The notes under the pieces are model-generated. The model ran no database searches, had not been told where the DNA came from, and saw only the letters and a list, made by a program, of their open reading frames with translations. A program made the position numbers and the translations under genes. From positions 124,001-188,000 of IMG/VR virus record IMGVR_UViG_3300025121_000011: a stretch of DNA of 64,000 nucleotides, one strand, 5' to 3'. The first letter of the stretch is position 1; each line of letters opens with the position of its first letter. Of the stretch, positions 58,751-64,000 are shown piece by piece.

Positions 58751-59848
58751 ATGAAAATTGTTATCTTAGCTGCGGGGAAGGGTGCTCGCTTTAAAAGAGA
58801 CGTTCCAAAGTGTCTTTCAATGTTAGGACAAGAAACTGTTGTTTCTCGGCAAATTAACCAAATCATTAAGTTTATTCCTAATAGTGAAATTATAGTTGTT
58901 ACCGGATTTAAAAATGATTTGGTAAAGAATTATATTATTGGATTAGATTCAAGCATTAAGATTGTTTGCAATAATAAATTTGAAAAAGACCAGAATATTT
59001 ATTCTGTTTTAATAGGTATTAAAGATCTTAACGAAGGTGTTTTAATTTTAGAAGGTGATTGTGTTTTTTCAGATTTTGCTTTTCAGGAAATATCGAAAGC
59101 AATTGATAATAATTCATCGAATGCGTTATTTTTTTTAGGACAACAGGGTGATCAAAGTATGGCGAATGGAGTTGTAAAATTTAATAATAGGAATCAATTT
59201 AGTGATTTCTTAATAGGCTTAAAAAACACTTCTATTGCTGGTTACCACAGTATGATAGGCGTGACTTGGATTCCGGTTGATATGATATCAGAATATCGAG
59301 AGAATTTAGAATCCGAAATAGTCATATCTATGAAGGAATATTACTTTAAACCACTATTAAATCCACCATTATCTTTTAATGTTTTGTGTGCAGTAATAAA
59401 GGGTGATACTTGTACGTTTAATACTCAAGATGAATTTAAGTTAGCTAAAAAAATTTCAAGTAATAATATTGATATAGTTTTATATCCGGTAAGTAAATTA
59501 ATACATATAGAGGAATATAATTCAGAAAGAGTACAGTGGCTCTTAGATAAAATTCTTCTTGAGAAGACATGGACACGGCCTCTTTGTATTAGTTCAGAAG
59601 GTTTAGTAATGGATGGACAACACAGAATGGAGGTTGCGAAGAGGATGGGGCTTAATTTTGTGCCGGTTTTAATATTTGATTATAGTCAAGTTCCGATTTT
59701 TTCATTACGAGATAAAATATCCTTTACCTATCATGATGTAATAGAAAGAGCATTGGCTGGAAATATTTATCCATACAAAACGGTAAAGCACATATTTAAT
59801 GAAGATCTTTTAAATTGTAATTATACATTAGAGAGTTTATATGATTAA
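58751..59848 (+). CDS. Nucleotidyltransferase (LicC/PntC-like) fused to a ParB/sulfiredoxin-fold domain
   Basis: VILAAGKGARF...PKCL, ILEGD, FNTQDEF; C-terminal IHIEEY...TWTRPLCI...VMDGQHRMEVAKRMGLNFVPV. Confidence 0.8.
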   Translation: MKIVILAAGKGARFKRDVPKCLSMLGQETVVSRQINQIIKFIPNSEIIVVTGFKNDLVKNYIIGLDSSIKIVCNNKFEKDQNIYSVLIGIKDLNEGVLILEGDCVFSDFAFQEISKAIDNNSSNALFFLGQQGDQSMANGVVKFNNRNQFSDFLIGLKNTSIAGYHSMIGVTWIPVDMISEYRENLESEIVISMKEYYFKPLLNPPLSFNVLCAVIKGDTCTFNTQDEFKLAKKISSNNIDIVLYPVSKLIHIEEYNSERVQWLLDKILLEKTWTRPLCISSEGLVMDGQHRMEVAKRMGLNFVPVLIFDYSQVPIFSLRDKISFTYHDVIERALAGNIYPYKTVKHIFNEDLLNCNYTLESLYD

Positions 59849-61061
59849 CGTTCGAACCATAACCCTTCAAAGTAAACCTTCTGAAGCAACATTAACTACT
59901 TGTATAAACCAGTTAGAATTATTTAAAAATTTGATTGAAAAATTTGATAAAATATATTTACAAGCAAGAACCAGCAGGGTTGTGATTGAAACGGTGGACT
60001 CCGCAGAGTCATATAAGCAATCCCTCTTACTGATAGAAGCATGTAAGTTTCATAATTTTTGGGGAATTTGCGTTCCAATTAATTTATACCAAGACCCTAA
60101 TAATATTAAATACGCTTATGATTTATTAGAAGAAGAATCTGTTTTTATTAATCTTATCTCTACGGAAGATGATTCTATGAGTTTATATGGAGTCAAATCT
60201 GCTGCCAAATTTATTTTTGATGCATCAAGACAAGATCCCATGCATAATTTTAGAATAGGGGCGTCTTCCGTAAAACAAAACAAAACACCATTCTTTCCGT
60301 TTTCTACAGCGGTAAATAATGGAGAATTTACCGTTGGGCTAGAGCTTATAGATTTTTTTCTTAATGTTATAGAGACTTATGATAGACAACCATTATCAGA
60401 GATTAGAAAGAAATTATGCGAATCTCTATCATCTGAATTAGATGACTTAGAAAAGATATGTGAACAATTAAGCAAAGAGTTTGGGCTATCTTTTGGAGGA
60501 GTTGACTTATCTATAGCTCCATATCCGTATCCATTAGAGGATCAAAGTGTAGTAACCTTGATAGAAAAAATTGGGAATATGGGGCGCTCTCGCGGTGAAC
60601 CTATATTTGAATTTGGATCAAATGGAACATATTTTATTAATGCCTTTCTTACTAATATTTTGAAACAGACTGCCTTAGCTCACGGAAGTGTTGGATTTAA
60701 TGGTGTAATGTATTCTCTACTGGAAGATACTTATCTTGGGCTGAGATATGAGGAAGAGGCTTTTGATGTTAATTTATTAAAATTTTTATCAACATCTTGT
60801 GGTTGCGGTGTAGACATGATGCCATTGGATGGAGATACAGATATTAATACTATAGCTTCCATAATTATGGATAATTTTACGGTATCATCTTTGTTACAGA
60901 AACCACTAGGAATTAGACTTCTACCGATTCCCGATTCTAGAATTGGAGATCGAACAAAATTTCATCATCTTTTTTTTACCAATACAAAAATTCGGAGTAT
61001 AGGGTCTGGGGTTACTTTTCAGAATCTGCCAACACAGGATTCTATTTATAAGATTAAATAA
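59841..61061 (+). CDS. DUF711 (UPF0210, PFL-like fold) family protein
   Basis: VRTITL, GVDLSIAPYP, GT...AFLT..LK, GFNGVMYSLLED, CGCGVDM, KPLGIRLLPIP...GD. Confidence 0.8.
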   Translation: MINVRTITLQSKPSEATLTTCINQLELFKNLIEKFDKIYLQARTSRVVIETVDSAESYKQSLLLIEACKFHNFWGICVPINLYQDPNNIKYAYDLLEEESVFINLISTEDDSMSLYGVKSAAKFIFDASRQDPMHNFRIGASSVKQNKTPFFPFSTAVNNGEFTVGLELIDFFLNVIETYDRQPLSEIRKKLCESLSSELDDLEKICEQLSKEFGLSFGGVDLSIAPYPYPLEDQSVVTLIEKIGNMGRSRGEPIFEFGSNGTYFINAFLTNILKQTALAHGSVGFNGVMYSLLEDTYLGLRYEEEAFDVNLLKFLSTSCGCGVDMMPLDGDTDINTIASIIMDNFTVSSLLQKPLGIRLLPIPDSRIGDRTKFHHLFFTNTKIRSIGSGVTFQNLPTQDSIYKIK

Positions 61062-61074
61062 AGAAGAGGAATGC

Positions 61075-61782
61075 ATGAATCAAGACGATATTAAAGAGAT
61101 TTTCAATAAGCGTTCTAATAAGTTAAAAGATCATGATCCGTGGAGATATGGAGAGAGTCTATCATTAAAGACGGATCTTATCGAGATAGAATGGATTAGA
61201 AATAACTGTAAGTATAAGAAAGCCTTATTAGATATTGGTTGTGGAACAGGGCGGCATGTTATTGAATTATCAGGAGATTTTGATGAGATTTTGGCCGCAG
61301 ATTTTGCTCAAGGAAATATAAATGTTTTAAATACAAAAATAGCTGAGATGAATATCTGCAATATACAAACCGTAGTTTCTTCAGCTCAGGACATCACTTT
61401 GCAAGCCGAAAGAAGAAAATTTGACATCATTATCGGAATAGGGCTTGTCCAATATTTAAATAATGATGAGTTTTTTAGTTTCTTCGAAGATTGTCACAGT
61501 CTTTTAAATAATCATGGCAGACTTTTGTTAAAAATTCCAATGTCAGAGACAGAAACATTTTCTTTTGATGGATATTCTGAATTACTAGAAAGTGAATATT
61601 TCTCTTTTTATAGAAATATAAATGATATTTTCAAAGGATTCTATAAATGGTTTAGCTTATATAAACTCGAAAGGGTTTTTACATTGGAAAATTTGGGTAA
61701 AGAATTATGGATAATAGAAAATCACGATAACTCTAAGCAGATATGGTTTTTGCTGGTCAAAAAAGAAACGGAGGAATTATGA
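61075..61782 (+). CDS. Class I SAM-dependent methyltransferase
   Basis: LLDIGCGTGRH, ADFAQGNI, FDIIIGIGLVQYL, LLNNHGRLLL. Confidence 0.9.
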   Translation: MNQDDIKEIFNKRSNKLKDHDPWRYGESLSLKTDLIEIEWIRNNCKYKKALLDIGCGTGRHVIELSGDFDEILAADFAQGNINVLNTKIAEMNICNIQTVVSSAQDITLQAERRKFDIIIGIGLVQYLNNDEFFSFFEDCHSLLNNHGRLLLKIPMSETETFSFDGYSELLESEYFSFYRNINDIFKGFYKWFSLYKLERVFTLENLGKELWIIENHDNSKQIWFLLVKKETEEL

Positions 61783-61877
61783 ATGCGATAGGCTTGGTTG
61801 GAAAAGGTTTTGTAGGCGGCGCTTTATTCGATAGCTTTACTAAACGCAAACAAGAGGTAATAGTATATGATAAATGA
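61779..61877 (+). pseudogene. 5' remnant (32 codons) of a second UDP-glucose-dehydrogenase-family gene
   Basis: GGAGG SD; MNAIGLVGKGFVGGALFDSFTKRKQEVIVYDK*; 16/29 identical to the N-terminus of the intact gene at 62022. Confidence 0.75.
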
Positions 61878-62010
61878 TTTATCAAAAGAATATTTTGACT
61901 TAATAAAAATAGGAAGAACTTTTACAAGACATAATTTAGGCACTTTAATCAATGAGATTGAAAGACGTGAAGATACAAAGCAAAATTGGTTTTTATTCGA
62001 AAAGAAATAA
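61867..62010 (+). pseudogene. 3' remnant of a second methyltransferase paralog
   Basis: EYFDLIKIGRTFTRHNLGTLINEIERREDTKQNWFLFEKK* (61888-62010) aligns without gaps at 18/40 identity to 61645-61764 of the intact methyltransferase. Confidence 0.7.
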
Positions 62011-62021
62011 CGGAGTATAAG

Positions 62022-62807
62022 ATGAAAATAGGATTAATTGGTATTGGATTTGTTGGTGGAGCTATTAGGGATTTTTTTATTAAAACAGATGAGACGCTTT
62101 TATTATATGACAAATATAATGATAATTATAATGATAAAGAATCCATATTGGAAGCGGATATGATTTTTATATGCGTTCCAACTCCACATATGGAAAATAA
62201 TGGATATGATATTTCTGCTATAGAAGATTCGTTGTCTTTTCTAGATTCTCATAAATATAACGGACTAGTAATAATTAAAAGCACTGTTCTTCCTGGAACA
62301 ATAGATTCGTTTTCGAAAAAATTTAAATTGAAAATTATACATAATCCGGAATTTCTAACCGCAAGAACGGCGTCTAAAGATTTTGAAAATCAAAAGGTAA
62401 TTATTATCGGGGCGAAAGATTCAGATATAATATGCGAATTAGTAGAGTTATATACAAAACATTTTCCGGATTCTATTATTAATATTGTTAAACCGTCTGA
62501 ATCAGAATCAATAAAGATTATGGCGAACAGCTTTTACTCTACGAAAATTCAAATTCTAAATGAATTCTATGGCTTATGTCAGGCTCTTGGTATAGACTAT
62601 GAAGTTGTTAAAAATAATATAGTAGGTCTTGGCTGGGTAAATAATATGCACACCTCTGTGCCTGGCCATGATGGAAAACTAAGTTATGGCGGAGCATGCT
62701 TTATAAAAGATACTCGTGCTCTTTTAGACCAAATGAAGAAAGCACATGTTAATCATCAGGTTTTAGAAGGAGTTGTTAATGAGAGAAATATCATGCGAGA
62801 TGATTAA
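62022..62807 (+). CDS. UDP-glucose/GDP-mannose dehydrogenase family protein (short form)
   Basis: GGAG SD and ATG at 62022; IGLIGIGFVG, FICVPTP, IKSTVLPGT, HNPEFL, KIMANSF, YGGACFIKD. Ends without the usual C-terminal domain. Confidence 0.9.
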   Translation: MKIGLIGIGFVGGAIRDFFIKTDETLLLYDKYNDNYNDKESILEADMIFICVPTPHMENNGYDISAIEDSLSFLDSHKYNGLVIIKSTVLPGTIDSFSKKFKLKIIHNPEFLTARTASKDFENQKVIIIGAKDSDIICELVELYTKHFPDSIINIVKPSESESIKIMANSFYSTKIQILNEFYGLCQALGIDYEVVKNNIVGLGWVNNMHTSVPGHDGKLSYGGACFIKDTRALLDQMKKAHVNHQVLEGVVNERNIMRDD

Positions 62808-62825
62808 TAATTTAGGATTTTTATC

Positions 62826-63770
62826 ATGAGTATTAATCGAGTTAAAGAAGGGTTTTATTATACAGATGGAAATATAACCGGAAAGGCACATAAAAGTTGG
62901 TATCGTGGAAAGACATGTAATTTTAATCCAAATATTAAAAATATTTTAGAAGTAGATAGTGTAGATAAATATATTTTAGCTGGATGGTTACCAGATGCCC
63001 CATTTATTGATAAAACAACTGTAATAACAACATTTGGCAGTTGTTTTGCTTTGTATATATCTGAATACCTTGATAAAAAAGGCTATAACGCTTCTCTTAA
63101 GGATGGAAATAATCTAATTGATTTTAAAGCAGGGGTAAATAATACATTTGCGATTAGACAACTGATAGAGTGGGTGTACAATGGGAAAAGCTTTGCAGAG
63201 GAAACATGGCATAGAGATGATAAAAGTATAATTGAAAAGAGTGAATCTCTTAGAAGTAAAACCTTAGAAAGATTTTTAAAAACTGATGTTTTTATAATTA
63301 CATTAGGTCTTAGCGAAATTTGGTATAATAAAGAGACTAATGATGTCTTTTGGAGGGCAATACCAGAAGATCAATTCGACCATAATAAGCACGGATTTAG
63401 AGTCTCTACCTTTCAGGAAAATAAAGATAATATTCGTTATATTTACAACACTATTATATCATTTAATAAGAATGCTAAAGTAATTTTTACAATATCTCCT
63501 GTTCCATTGGTTGCAACATTTCGCCCAGTGTCATGTCTATCTGCAAATTCAGTCTCAAAAGCTATTCTAAGAGCGGCAATAGATGAGTTTTATCGAGAGG
63601 AAAATGGAGATAATATTGACAATATATTTTATTGGCCTTCTTATGAGATTGTAGAAAAGATATTTAATTATAAATTTAATGGTGGGGCTTATGACTTCGA
63701 CTATCGACATATTAAAAAAGAATGTGTAACAGAGATTATGAGATTATTTGGTCAGTATTATACGATTTAA
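62826..63770 (+). CDS. GSCFA domain protein (SGNH/GDSL-like)
   Basis: TFGSCFA, FIITLGLSEIW, VIFTISPVPLVATF, ANSVSKAILR, YWPSYEIV, DYRH. Confidence 0.9.
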   Translation: MSINRVKEGFYYTDGNITGKAHKSWYRGKTCNFNPNIKNILEVDSVDKYILAGWLPDAPFIDKTTVITTFGSCFALYISEYLDKKGYNASLKDGNNLIDFKAGVNNTFAIRQLIEWVYNGKSFAEETWHRDDKSIIEKSESLRSKTLERFLKTDVFIITLGLSEIWYNKETNDVFWRAIPEDQFDHNKHGFRVSTFQENKDNIRYIYNTIISFNKNAKVIFTISPVPLVATFRPVSCLSANSVSKAILRAAIDEFYREENGDNIDNIFYWPSYEIVEKIFNYKFNGGAYDFDYRHIKKECVTEIMRLFGQYYTI

Positions 63771-63902
63771 CATAAATCTTTTGTAATGATTTGATATTAA
63801 TCATTTAAAATATTAAGAAAATTGCATTGATGGAATAACATTTACACGGTAAATTATATATTGCGCTGCCGATTCTGGCAATAGAATTACAAAGGATACT
63901 AT

Positions 63903-64000
63903 ATGAATGCATTGGTAACTGGTGGGGCAGGCTTTATTGGAAGTCATTTGGTTGATGCGTTAGTAGCGGATCAACATTTTGATAAAATACTTGTGATAGA
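63903..64000 (+). CDS. NAD-dependent epimerase/dehydratase (3'-truncated by the window end)
   Basis: MNALVTGGAGFIGSHLVDAL...VID, the extended-SDR Rossmann motif. Confidence 0.85.
   Translation, partial: MNALVTGGAGFIGSHLVDALVADQHFDKILVI

Noticed and set aside
61986-62021. TTG start for the dehydrogenase given by the ORF track
   Set aside because: The ATG at 62022 has a GGAG SD and begins the Rossmann motif; the upstream 36 nt overlap the methyltransferase remnant.
1-64000. Alternative genetic code (TAG/TGA recoding seen in some large phages)
   Set aside because: The standard code gives near-complete coding coverage, with ORFs up to 3211 aa; both TGA and TAG act as normal stops at coupled gene ends.
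1-64000. CRISPR arrays, tRNA/rRNA genes, IS elements, inteins or introns
   Set aside because: No regularly spaced direct repeats, cloverleaf-like intergenic sequence, transposase or intein terminal motifs were seen; intergenic gaps are short and AT-rich.

Overview
A 64-kb, AT-rich, densely coding segment with essentially every real gene on the + strand, many TAATG/ATGA stop-start overlaps, AGGAG/GGAG Shine-Dalgarno sites and one clear Rho-independent terminator. It is most consistent with part of a large, probably jumbo, contractile-tailed bacteriophage genome. Bases 1-47146 are a tail morphogenesis module: fibre-like beta-helix protein, tail terminator, 1072-aa sheath, tube, tail-assembly chaperone pair with a likely -1 frameshift, tape measure, tube initiator, hub, spike, two unexplained proteins (2058 and 586 aa), gp25-like wedge, oversized gpJ (1104 aa), oversized gpI-like/LamG protein (3211 aa) and a 1515-aa dockerin-containing protein. 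Bases 47574-64000 are a glycan synthesis/modification operon that runs off the window end: 8 GT-B glycosyltransferases, 2 SAM methyltransferase domains, a sulfotransferase, an alkaline-phosphatase-superfamily enzyme, a nucleotidyltransferase-ParB/Srx fusion, a DUF711 protein, a short UDP-glucose-dehydrogenase-family enzyme, a GSCFA protein and an epimerase. The most interesting signals are tandem D-[G/A]-Y peptide motifs in three different tail proteins next to this modification operon (possible virion decoration system), a hydrophobic helical domain in the 2058-aa protein, a dockerin in a tail protein, and a duplication/deletion scar at 61779-62010. No head genes, lysis genes, tRNAs, CRISPR arrays or mobile elements were recognised. 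All assignments come from motif recognition and gene order by eye; no database search was run.
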